Positions 19,355 through 28,123 of a DNA stretch of 52,286 nucleotides are shown piece by piece. The stretch comes from Acidilobaceae archaeon. GTDB taxonomy: Archaea > Thermoproteota > Thermoprotei_A > Sulfolobales > Acidilobaceae. Within the stretch, counting starts at the first letter, position 1; each line of letters begins with the position of its first letter. The stretch is from the NCBI GenBank assembly GCA_026995555.1, contig JALWOJ010000162.1, forward strand, positions 1 to 52,286, read 5' to 3'. The notes beneath the pieces are model-generated. The model did no database searches and was not told the origin of the DNA. It was given only the letters and a program-made list of their open reading frames with translations. The position numbers and the translations under genes are program-made.

Positions 19355-20309
19355 CGTAGTTTTAGATACGATGAGAACCCTTACAATAAAAACAGGGTAT
19401 CCCGTCCCGATAAGCAGGAGCGATGTATATTCCTGGGCTCGAGAACTTAATCTGAAGGCTAAGGGACCTGTTGTCCTCTACACAGGTGCTCTATATCAAA
19501 TAATGCCTTATCTAGAGTCCCTAGTCTCCATTCTTAAGAGGGCCAAGGAGAGCAGAACGTTCCTAGAGCTCATGGGCCTGGGAAAGCGATTCGCGTCCTC
19601 ATCTTTAGTAAAGACATTTATAAAGGTTGATAAGGTAAAGGTGGCCACATCAAATGCCATTCTGAGGAGCATAGTTCTTCTCCTTAAAGAGGTTGGTGTA
19701 GAACCTTCATATCTATATGAAAACGATCTTTATAGCGGAGTCCTCCTCTATGATCTAGGCCTCAGCGAAACCTTCCTTCTACAGGCGAAGAGGGTTTATA
19801 AGGTCTTTAAGGAGCGCGGAGTGAAGAAGATAATAACCGTTGACCCCCATACTACCTATGTCCTTAGGAACGTTTATCCAAAGTTTATTGAAGGTTTTGA
19901 CCTAGAGGTACAGAGCTATATTGAAATATTGTCGGAGAGGATCGAGAGGAAGAGGCCAAAGGAAACGGTTGAGGTTGTAATTCACGACCCCTGCTTTTAC
20001 GCTAGATATCAAAACATAGTTGAGGAGCCGAGGAAGATCCTCGAGGCCTCGGGGATCAAAGTACTTGAACCGAGGAGGACCAGAAGGTTTACCTCCTGCT
20101 GCGGGGGACCAGTAGAGGCCCTTTATCCAGATCTTTCTAGGGCTGTCGCAATGGACAGGATTAGGGAGCTCTCTTCAATATCTAAAACTATTGTAACCCT
20201 CTGCCCTATATGCTTCTCAAACCTTTCAAGAGTCAAACCTCAAAACGTGGAAGTGATTGATTTAGCTCTTTTAGTTGCCAAGGTTAGAGGGCTGATGCTA
20301 GGTAAATGA
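19329..20309 (+). CDS. CCG-domain Fe-S oxidoreductase (GlcF C-terminal-like)
   Basis: 326 aa, collinear with 16484..17434 (IITVDPHTTYVLRNVYPKFIEGFDLEVQSYIEILSERI vs VITVDPHSTNILRSIAPKYVENYDLEVKSYLEVLAERL). The real start may be the Met at about 19371. Confidence 0.75.
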   Translation: MWLKRRFLDVVLDTMRTLTIKTGYPVPISRSDVYSWARELNLKAKGPVVLYTGALYQIMPYLESLVSILKRAKESRTFLELMGLGKRFASSSLVKTFIKVDKVKVATSNAILRSIVLLLKEVGVEPSYLYENDLYSGVLLYDLGLSETFLLQAKRVYKVFKERGVKKIITVDPHTTYVLRNVYPKFIEGFDLEVQSYIEILSERIERKRPKETVEVVIHDPCFYARYQNIVEEPRKILEASGIKVLEPRRTRRFTSCCGGPVEALYPDLSRAVAMDRIRELSSISKTIVTLCPICFSNLSRVKPQNVEVIDLALLVAKVRGLMLGK

Positions 20310-20369
20310 TTAAGTATAATATTGTTCTGCATGCATTGTATATATCTGGGTATATATCTGGTGTAGCTT

Positions 20370-20618
20370 TTGACAGAATACACAAGCATAAGAGTACGAA
20401 GGGATACAAAGAAGCTTCTTGAAAAAATCCTTATAGATTTTGAAACCAAGCTTGGAAGGAGGCTGGACTATGATGAACTAATACGAATCCTAGCCCTCCA
20501 AGCTCAGGCTAAGCCGCAACTATTGAGGCTTCTCTTACAGAATCCTGTTAGAGAGCATGATACTGATAGAGCACAACACCTCTTACGAAGTGAAAGAAGG
20601 AGGGATACAAGATTTTGA
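20370..20618 (+). CDS. VapB-like antitoxin (ribbon-helix-helix-like)
   Basis: 82 aa. The N-terminal TSIRVRRDTKKLLEKI strand-helix pattern. Its stop overlaps the TTG start of the downstream PIN gene (TTGA). Confidence 0.5.
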   Translation: MTEYTSIRVRRDTKKLLEKILIDFETKLGRRLDYDELIRILALQAQAKPQLLRLLLQNPVREHDTDRAQHLLRSERRRDTRF

Positions 20619-21049
20619 AGTCTTTACAAAAGACATATGCTTTAGATGCTAGTGTTTTAATTGAAGTGCTTGCTGGAAGTCAATTTGTCAAGGATCTGAT
20701 AAATTCCATAATTAGAGGAGAGATCGAGGCCTATGTAGCAAAACTTAGTCTAACTGAGGCTTTGTATGTAACTTGCAGGTTATGGGGCTGGAGGAGGGCA
20801 TTACAGAGAATGTAAACTCCAATAGATTCAAAGACTCTGATAATCATAGAGGATGAAATAATCTGGCAAGAAGCAGCAGATTGTAAGTGTCAAATACCAG
20901 TAAGTCTAGGAGACTGTTATACACTGGCGGTTGCAAAGAAATACAATCTAATACCCTTGTTCTTAAAACCCGAAAAAGAGATCCTAAGAAATGAAGAGAA
21001 AATAGGAGAATGGTTAGGAAGGGAACCCGAATATTTAATCAAACCCTAG
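20615..21049 (+). pseudogene. vapC: PIN-domain VapC toxin interrupted by an in-frame TAA (codon 67)
   Basis: The track ORF 20615..20815 (YALDASVLIE..LSLTEALY) stops at TAA 20813-20815. In the same frame the sequence reads on as TPIDSKTLIIIEDEIIWQEAADCKCQIPVSLGDCYTLAVAKKYNLIPLF.. to TAG 21047-21049, which supplies the C-terminal PIN acidic motif. Confidence 0.7.
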
Positions 21050-21237
21050 TCAAAAACTTTAACGGATATCTGATTTTAGCCGATGAACTAACATTTCATA
21101 CGTTACCTTAATTCTAATTACTGTCCTATAAGTTATTCAATATTGACGCGGACATTAAAAGAGCGGCTAGACTAGGAGGACTTAACACTTCAAGATTTAA
21201 ATCCCTGATTAAGAGCTCAGAGTTGTGGGGAAGGAGA

Positions 21238-21528
21238 ATGCCAGCTATAGAGGTCGGAAGGGTTTGCATAAAGGTTAGGGGAAGGGAAGCTGGAAGAAAG
21301 TGCGTCATAGTTGATATAATAGATGAGAACTTCGTCCTTATAACAGGTCCCAAGAGTTTGACTGGGGTTAGAAGGAGGAGAGCGAACATAGACCACATAG
21401 AGCCTCTGGACAAGAAGATAAACATAAGAAAAGGTGCCAGTGACGAAGAGGTATTAAAGGCCATAGAGGAGGCTGGACTCACAGACTATATGAGGGAGAG
21501 GATTAAGCCTTACCTAGAGGTGGTTTAA
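21238..21528 (+). CDS. rpl14e: 50S ribosomal protein L14e
   Basis: [39 protein letters not shown] is the classic L14e KOW-like N-terminus. ATG at 21238 is preceded by GGGGAAGGAG. The track ORF begins 15 nt upstream. Confidence 0.9.
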   Translation: MPAIEVGRVCIKVRGREAGRKCVIVDIIDENFVLITGPKSLTGVRRRRANIDHIEPLDKKINIRKGASDEEVLKAIEEAGLTDYMRERIKPYLEVV

Positions 21529-21646
21529 TTCTCTCTAAAACTCTCTCAAATCACCCGATTGCCTTGAAGCCCATCAAAACAGAGGCGCCTTTATATAGAG
21601 TTCAAGGATGTTAAGTTAAATTCCCCCTAATTCCCCACTTTATAAC

Positions 21647-22822
21647 TTGGTGTTAGCACCCTTGTCTTCCCTCGAGCTTATTAGATCCTCTGCTCGAGAG
21701 TTTGCGGAGAAGGTTCTGGGACCTGTTGCAAGGAAAATAGATGAGGAGAACCTAGTCCCTGAGGACATAAGAAGACAGGTTGCAGAGATGGGTTACTTCG
21801 CCTTAAGGGTTCCTGAGGAGTACGGAGGCCCTGGACTTAGTCTTCTGGAGAGTGTGATCGTTGCTGAGGAGCTCTCCAGGGTTTCAAGTGGAGTAGGAAT
21901 AATGGCCACAGTCTCGGGCTCAATGGTTCCACCTCCCCTCGTTTTCTTCGCTGAAGAAGAGGTAAAGGAGGAGTATCTTAAGAAGCTGGCTAAAGGAAGT
22001 ATAGCTGCGTTTGCGCTCACAGAGCCCTGCTGTGGAACAGATGCCGCAGCGATAACAACTAGGGCCGAGCTGAAGAATGGAGAGTGGATTATAAGTGGAA
22101 GGAAGACCTTCATAACAAATTCATACTATGCCGACTTCTTCTTGGTGGCCGCCAGAACGGGGAAGCCTGAAGATAGGCACAGAGGCGTTAGCCTCTTCGT
22201 CGTAGATAGGGATGAGTCTTGTATGGAGATATCAAAGCTCGACATGATGGGATATAGGGGCAGCGGAACTTCAGAGGTCCTGTTTAATGAGTGCAGGGTC
22301 CCCAAGCAGAACATCATAGGCCCTGTCAATGGGGGGTTCAAAATCGTGATGGACACCCTAAACGAGGGAAGAATAGTTACTGCGTCAACGGGGCTGGGAG
22401 TGATGCAGGCAGCATTTGAGGAGGCCTTCGAATATGCAAAAAAGAGGGAGAGTATGGGAAAGGCCTTAGTTGAGCATCAGATGGTCATGTCAATGATAGC
22501 TGAGATGAAGATGAAGCTTGAGGCTGTGAGATCTCTAATATACAAGGCTGCTGAAAAGGTCGATAGAGGGGAGCCTGACTATCCGATGTGGAGCAGCATA
22601 GCAAAGCTCGCGGCGGCCAGATGGGGGGTGGATGTTGTAAGGCTTGCAATGCAGGTGATGGGAGGCTTTGGTTACAGCAGGGAGAGCAAGGTCGAGAGGC
22701 TCTATAGAGATATAAAGATGATAGAGATAGGAGATGGAACAAATCAGGCCCAGGAGATCGTTATAGTTAGAAGCCTTCTCGGAAAAATAAGGCCTCCCAA
22801 AAGGTCTAGCAAAAATAGTTGA
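21647..22822 (+). CDS. acyl-CoA dehydrogenase
   Basis: 391 aa. AFALTEPCCGTDAA, ITNSYYADFF, and C-terminal YRDIKMIEIGDGTNQAQ with the catalytic-Glu context. Confidence 0.9.
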   Translation: MVLAPLSSLELIRSSAREFAEKVLGPVARKIDEENLVPEDIRRQVAEMGYFALRVPEEYGGPGLSLLESVIVAEELSRVSSGVGIMATVSGSMVPPPLVFFAEEEVKEEYLKKLAKGSIAAFALTEPCCGTDAAAITTRAELKNGEWIISGRKTFITNSYYADFFLVAARTGKPEDRHRGVSLFVVDRDESCMEISKLDMMGYRGSGTSEVLFNECRVPKQNIIGPVNGGFKIVMDTLNEGRIVTASTGLGVMQAAFEEAFEYAKKRESMGKALVEHQMVMSMIAEMKMKLEAVRSLIYKAAEKVDRGEPDYPMWSSIAKLAAARWGVDVVRLAMQVMGGFGYSRESKVERLYRDIKMIEIGDGTNQAQEIVIVRSLLGKIRPPKRSSKNS

Positions 22823-23016
22823 ACCCTCGTAGCCGAGGGACTCTTCACTGATCAGACGATGCGGGCAGATGCCCAACGGAACTTCATCGGGTCCTTCAAA
22901 TCAAGATTTTATGAGTTGTTTTATATCTTTCTATGCCCGTATCTTATTGATCATCTTAAAATATTAACGTTCCTTGGAGACAAGTTAATCATTAAAACTA
23001 ATTGAATAGTTAATAG

Positions 23017-23403
23017 TTAATTTGATCCGTAGCCCATGAGTAGCGCTTCTACAGGCTTTAACTTCTTCTCTATAGGATCAGGAGCTAAGCCTAGTTGCTC
23101 CATAGTCACTGCACCTAGGAGGTACACATTCTCATCTCCAAACACAACAGGAGTGGCGCTCGCCCTATATCCCTCTATCTCAATGCCGATCTCACCAATG
23201 CTCTTTTCAACGACCCTACCATCAGCTAACCTGAGCCTAAGGGTCCTTAGGGGTTTGACGTTTAATTTTTTAAGCAGGCTTTCAGGCAAAACCATGTATG
23301 TAGCTCCAGTATCAACGATAAGATCAACGTTCGTAACTTTGTTTTGTTCAATAGGATTCCAAACCTTGGCTTTAACGCTAAACGTTCCCATTTTAGCTCC
23401 CAT
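23017..23403 (-). CDS. retropepsin-like (clan AA) aspartic protease
   Basis: DLIVDTGATYMVLP (D-T-G active-site motif). The likely start is the Met at 23403 or 23391. The upstream 37 codons of the track ORF look non-coding. Confidence 0.7.
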   Translation of the reverse strand: MGAKMGTFSVKAKVWNPIEQNKVTNVDLIVDTGATYMVLPESLLKKLNVKPLRTLRLRLADGRVVEKSIGEIGIEIEGYRASATPVVFGDENVYLLGAVTMEQLGLAPDPIEKKLKPVEALLMGYGSN

Positions 23404-23541
23404 CAGTAAAAGTAACCACTGATAAAAGCAATAAACCCTAAGGCGTATACAAGCTGCCTTTTCATTATGATATCTGAATTGTAGGGAATCTGTAACTTTT
23501 AAAGCCTTTGTCACAGATAGCTTCTACAGGGAGTTCAGATC

Positions 23542-24042
23542 TTGACCTTAGAGACCATTCGTTTACCTCATAGCATTGTTCAACGCCTGCGAAGAGAGGC
23601 AGAGAGGCAGGGCATGGAATTAGAGGAGTATCTTGTGGAGCTTGCTACACAAGACCTAGATCCTTCAGAGAGGGCACAGGAATACGTTGAAGTGGCATTA
23701 GGACTTCTGATTCAAGCCCAAGAGGGGCTGAGGAAGGGCGATGTCAGGCAGGCGGCGGAGAAGCTCTGGGGGGCTGCAGCCCTCACAGTTAAAGCTTTCG
23801 CTGAGTGGAGAGAGGGAAGGAGACTTGCCAGTCACAAGGAACTATGGGACTACACCTTGGTATTGCAGAGAGAGCTGGGAGGCTGGGTTCATGATGCCTG
23901 GATGTCAGCTAACGGTATGCATACATGTTTCTACGAAGGATGGTGCAGCAAGGAACATGTAAAGAATTCGATGGAGGAAATAGAGAAACTTGTGAAAGCA
24001 GTTAAAGATAGAATTGCAAAAACTTTGCAGAACTTTAACTAA
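23542..24042 (+). CDS. PaREP1-family protein
   Basis: 166 aa. AEKLWGAAALTVKAFAEWREGRRLASHKELWDY...HTCFYEGW matches the PaREP1 helical domain pattern. Confidence 0.7.
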   Translation: MTLETIRLPHSIVQRLRREAERQGMELEEYLVELATQDLDPSERAQEYVEVALGLLIQAQEGLRKGDVRQAAEKLWGAAALTVKAFAEWREGRRLASHKELWDYTLVLQRELGGWVHDAWMSANGMHTCFYEGWCSKEHVKNSMEEIEKLVKAVKDRIAKTLQNFN

Positions 24043-24224
24043 GAATAAAATTATATTCGTTTCAATGTTAGGTTTAGGTCTTCAAGGATAGAAGATTTTA
24101 CTGGGCCTAAAGAGTCAGTTTTCCACTTCATAGCTTTTAGTCCTTTGCATGATCTTCCTTGCCTTAATGACAGCAACTTACATGCTTAATAAAAATCCCC
24201 AAAATTCTCATGATCTTACTAAAA

Positions 24225-24944
24225 TTACTTTTTATCTTTAGCTTCCATCAGAAGCCTGGTGGCTATATCCCTCGGTATGCCGAGGTGTGATGCTATAAAA
24301 TCTTCATCTGCTAGAGGAGATTTTCTCAACAACTCTCTCACTAAGCTCCTTGCATATTCATCCAAACCTTCGGAAGTCTCCCAAATTTTCTCAAAGTCAT
24401 TCATAAGTATGTGAGCTAATGTTGAACTGACTATTACATATCCCATTCGAGTAGGCGAGCTTCTTTCCTTGTCCACTAGACCCAAAACACAGATCAAGTT
24501 GTCGACAACCATATACCTCATGTCACTAAGCATAACTGAGGAGCTCAGCCTGACGTCAGCTCCAGCTTTTTTATACAAATAGGCCACATAAAGTCTATCC
24601 GGAGATTTATGGACTACATATTTAATTTTTATCCCTCTTTTGGAGGCCTCCAAGATCACCTTTGCTATATCTTTAACGACCTCTTTATCAAAGTCCGTTA
24701 CTGGCTTTCTTCCAGTTATTATTCCTATAACGCTTCTCCTAGAGCTCCTTATCGAATCTATGACGGCTAAAAAGTACTCATACCTCGTAAGCTCTCTGGT
24801 AGCTTTAAAAAGTGCATCCATAAGCTCGCTTCGGCCTCTGTGCTCTCTGAAGCTAAGGAAAAGCAGTGCAAATGAAATGACAAGCAGTGCTAGTTCCACT
24901 ATTAGCAGCACATATATTGTTGTTAATGTGGCTAGTGCATGCAA
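24225..24944 (-). CDS. membrane-anchored hypothetical protein, PLD-fold/TrmB_C-like core plus C-terminal HTH-like tail
   Basis: 239 aa. N-terminal TM helix (LTTIYVLLIVELALLVISFALLFL), central IKIKYVVHKSPD...MRYMVVDNLICVLG resembling a non-catalytic PLD-like fold, and C-terminal FIASHLGIPRDIATRLL. The assignment is tentative. Confidence 0.35.
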   Translation of the reverse strand: MHALATLTTIYVLLIVELALLVISFALLFLSFREHRGRSELMDALFKATRELTRYEYFLAVIDSIRSSRRSVIGIITGRKPVTDFDKEVVKDIAKVILEASKRGIKIKYVVHKSPDRLYVAYLYKKAGADVRLSSSVMLSDMRYMVVDNLICVLGLVDKERSSPTRMGYVIVSSTLAHILMNDFEKIWETSEGLDEYARSLVRELLRKSPLADEDFIASHLGIPRDIATRLLMEAKDKK

Positions 24945-25338
24945 TTAATCCACCTGAAAGATAGCCCTTCGATTAGGCCAATTACTTTAAGGTGTTATTT
25001 ATAAGTTTAAGGGAACAAGTATCCCAGTCTACAAGCTCAACGGTCATACTTCCCTTGCTATCGATTCTAAGAGAGCTTCAGTAACGTTTTGCGGTCTTGA
25101 AGATTAATAGTGTCTGGAAAGTATACCTATTGCTAACGTCTATCATTACGAAAGAAAGGTTTGTTAACATATGCGAAATCGTCGTTACTCCCGATGAATT
25201 TTTGTAATATCATGGAAGATTGCATGCTCTAAATTTGTTGGAAAATTTAGCAAACGAAATGCTTTTATGAGACCAGCAAGATGATTATTCATACACGAAA
25301 CCTTAGCAGGAAATATTTAGACAATAGTCAGGAGGATC

Positions 25339-26391
25339 TTGATGTCATGGAATGGTAAGATGAGAAACCAGACTCCTTACCTTGTCTACTTAGACTTTCT
25401 CATCACTATAGTAGGTGCCTTCGCCATATACTCGACAAACTTCATAGCATACACCAATGCAGTTCCAATATTTGGAACTATTTACGGCATCGTCATAGTT
25501 ACGCGGGGATTCATACCATTGCTACTTCATAATGAACGACTTTTCAAGATATTACCATTTGTCCACCTGTTCTTTCTGTTTTCAACTATAACGCTAGCCC
25601 TGCTTCTCAACAACGTCACAATATACCTTATAGGAATATCAATTTCTGCACTACTCGGCATTTATACTGGAGGTTATATATACAATCTTGAGGTGAGCTG
25701 GTCTAAACGCTTAAGAGATCCCTCAAAGTTCTTCTCACTAATCTCTGGTGCTGAGGCCGCTGCATTCTTCATAGCCCCAATACTCACGTATATAACACCA
25801 AACAAGGCGCTCTTCCTTGCAATCCTATCTGTGTCTACAGCCTTCGGTTCCCTTCTTCTCCTGTATTTCGCTCGTCTCGGTGGCGCTGAAATAAAGCCTA
25901 AGTTCTTCTCTGGAGAGCTGGCATTGATTAAAAAGGCCATCCCTCTTGCGGCATTAGCAGCTTTCAACTGGTTTCTGCAGTATCTCTGGATGGGGATGGT
26001 GTTTGAGCTTGGAGCTAGACAAGGTATATCTGGCTTCTTGGTGTTTGTGGCAGTAGAGCTCGAGACGGCCACATATATGGTTATTCAATTCATTATCAGC
26101 AGGAGAGGCCTTAAGAGGCTGGCAAGCATGAGGACAGTCTCCATGTTAATGGCTATTTATGCCCTGGTCGTTATGTCATTTGCCTCTCTCAACTTTGTGA
26201 AGGTAAACTCAATTACGTTCTTACTTATCTTGCTTGCTCTAGCGGTTTCATCCAGCCCACTCGAGCCCCTTGTTAACACGCTCGTCTCGTTCACCGATCG
26301 TGCTCCTGAGATCTCCACTATTGTGTTAAGCTTTAACTACATAGGAGGCGGGATCGGCTACACCCTCTCCTCGCTTCTGCTCAGAATCTGA
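25339..26391 (+). CDS. polytopic membrane protein (MFS-like)
   Basis: 350 aa with about 10 hydrophobic segments. No diagnostic motif recognised. Confidence 0.55.
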   Translation: MMSWNGKMRNQTPYLVYLDFLITIVGAFAIYSTNFIAYTNAVPIFGTIYGIVIVTRGFIPLLLHNERLFKILPFVHLFFLFSTITLALLLNNVTIYLIGISISALLGIYTGGYIYNLEVSWSKRLRDPSKFFSLISGAEAAAFFIAPILTYITPNKALFLAILSVSTAFGSLLLLYFARLGGAEIKPKFFSGELALIKKAIPLAALAAFNWFLQYLWMGMVFELGARQGISGFLVFVAVELETATYMVIQFIISRRGLKRLASMRTVSMLMAIYALVVMSFASLNFVKVNSITFLLILLALAVSSSPLEPLVNTLVSFTDRAPEISTIVLSFNYIGGGIGYTLSSLLLRI

Positions 26392-26602
26392 TTACCTCTA
26401 TTAGATTACCTCATGACATCAAGGAGAACATGAGAAGTTCGAGAGGAACGGAAAAGGAGCAGGTCACCACAGAAAGTAAGTGTCCATGTAATAAATGTCA
26501 TGGCTAAGCTAACTCCTGCTTGTACCCCCTACAACTCTTGACTAAAGAAGAAGCGAAGCGAACGATCGACGTCGCACATCTGGTGAGAATACCGACCTAG
26601 GT

Positions 26603-27670
26603 TCATTTTGCTTCTATGATCTTATTTATATTGATATAGCTGCTATATCTATACTTTCTTGGTTCATTAACATCCTTGAGCTTTCTTACTATGAATAGTT
26701 TTTCGTGATATATTAGAAGGAAGTCCCTCTCTTTCAGTTTCGACCATCTCTCCCTCGTCGTCTTCATCTTATGCTGTACCTTTACGACCTCCTCACGGAG
26801 GGTAAACCCGTTTTTTAGCAGTACTTGTAGCACATAGTGAGTTATTGGTACATAGTGCTTATGCATTCTTGTGTCACCCACGAGTATACCCATATGCTTC
26901 TCTGGCTTGAGGACCCTGTAGGCCTCCTTGGCCACTTGATGCATCATCCTAAGATAATCTTCTAGGTCAGAGGCCGCTGAGAGGTCGCCTGGTATCTTGG
27001 ACCTACTATACTTTATTATGTTGAAATATGGAGGGTGTGTTGCAATCAGATCTATGCTTTCGTCGGTTACCTTGTCCAAGTTTTTTGCATCGCCATGATA
27101 TACCTCTACACGCGCTTTCAGCATATCCTCTACTGTTATGTTGTTTGTAGGAACTTTAAGACCCTTAATGAAGGCGTCAAGTCTTGTTGGTGGGTTTTCC
27201 TTCATCTCCTCTAGGTGCCTTCTCAGCCAGTATATGCGGTGAAGGGTTAGCATGACAGCGTTGTAGTTTATGTCCACGCCTATACAGTTCCTCCCCAGAA
27301 GCATTGCCTCTATGCACGTTGTACCACTGCCGACCATAGGATCCAGAACCGTGTCACCAGGCTCGGTATACATAAGTATGAGGGCTCGAGCCATCTGAGG
27401 AGGCCAGTTACCTCTGTAATTACCTCTATGTGTTGCCCACGAGCCCCTCTTGGGAAAGCTCCAAACAGTTGTAGATAAATCAGTCAGCTCATCGGCTTCA
27501 GGATACAGCCTCTTGACCTTTATAGGCTCAAGCCTTATCCTATTGCCCTCAACCTCTATCTCCTTGTGCGACTTAGTAAATTCAAGATATTCATCGAAAT
27601 CAACTTTCCGCATACTAAGTGTAAGGACGCTGTGTTGATCACCGTCTTGCTCAGGTTTAACAGTCTTCAA
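26603..27670 (-). CDS. SAM-dependent DNA (N6-A/N4-C type) methyltransferase, orphan
   Basis: 355 aa. Motif I region PGDTVLDPMVGSGTTCIEAMLLGRNCIGVDI precedes motif IV SIDLIATHPPYFN (checked on nucleotides: CAC CCT CCA TAT). No nuclease gene is adjacent. Confidence 0.7.
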   Translation of the reverse strand: MKTVKPEQDGDQHSVLTLSMRKVDFDEYLEFTKSHKEIEVEGNRIRLEPIKVKRLYPEADELTDLSTTVWSFPKRGSWATHRGNYRGNWPPQMARALILMYTEPGDTVLDPMVGSGTTCIEAMLLGRNCIGVDINYNAVMLTLHRIYWLRRHLEEMKENPPTRLDAFIKGLKVPTNNITVEDMLKARVEVYHGDAKNLDKVTDESIDLIATHPPYFNIIKYSRSKIPGDLSAASDLEDYLRMMHQVAKEAYRVLKPEKHMGILVGDTRMHKHYVPITHYVLQVLLKNGFTLREEVVKVQHKMKTTRERWSKLKERDFLLIYHEKLFIVRKLKDVNEPRKYRYSSYININKIIEAK

Positions 27671-27792
27671 TTTTCATCACCCATCATATTTTAAACCTCA
27701 TATTGGCCGTACGGATCGTGAGTCTCCCGTTGCAAAGAGCTTAAGCCTCAGAGATAAGTGAAGTTTAGTTACATAGATCTCATAATATAACG

Positions 27793-28119
27793 TTAGGGAG
27801 TATTGTATTTCCTTCTCAGCTCCTGCATTGTTTTCGCTAGGTTTTCGCCTTCCAGTAGCTTCTCTATGGCCTGCGTGTCTATTGCTGTATACTCTTCGCT
27901 TTTAAGGCTATGCTTTATCAGGTTCTTGTCGTTTGTCCATATTGGGACATCAAACTTCAATGAGACAGCTGTAAACGGGTGGTAGTCATCCGGGTCGAAT
28001 TCCTTAGCTATCTTGAGAGCTTGCTGAAGAGTCCTAGTGCCAATTTCTTTTACACTCACTGCCCGTACTTTTCTGGAGAGCTTTGCTAGGAGGAGGTCTA
28101 GGGCTTCCTCAGGGTTCAC
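27793..28119 (-). pseudogene. C-terminal fragment of a PIN-domain toxin gene split by the IS607-family element
   Basis: ..EEALDLLLAKLSRKVRAV...FDVPIWTNDKNLIKH (C-terminal PIN acidic motif). The first codon of the track ORF is GTG (28117-28119), directly abutting the tnpB stop region. Confidence 0.7.
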
Positions 28120-28123
28120 CTCA

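Noticed and set aside
22485-22876. Antisense ORFs (85 and 113 aa) at the 3' end of acyl-CoA dehydrogenase
   Set aside because: They are Pro/Ser/Leu-rich shadow ORFs opposite a well-supported CDS. The same reasoning applies to other antisense track ORFs, for example 21126..21482, 21793..22113, 43107..44721, 25674..26072, 28321..29123 and 29588..29882.
23741-23962. 73-aa alternative-frame ORF inside the PaREP1 gene
   Set aside because: It is an Arg/Gly/Ser-rich shadow frame of a CDS that has a recognisable family signature.
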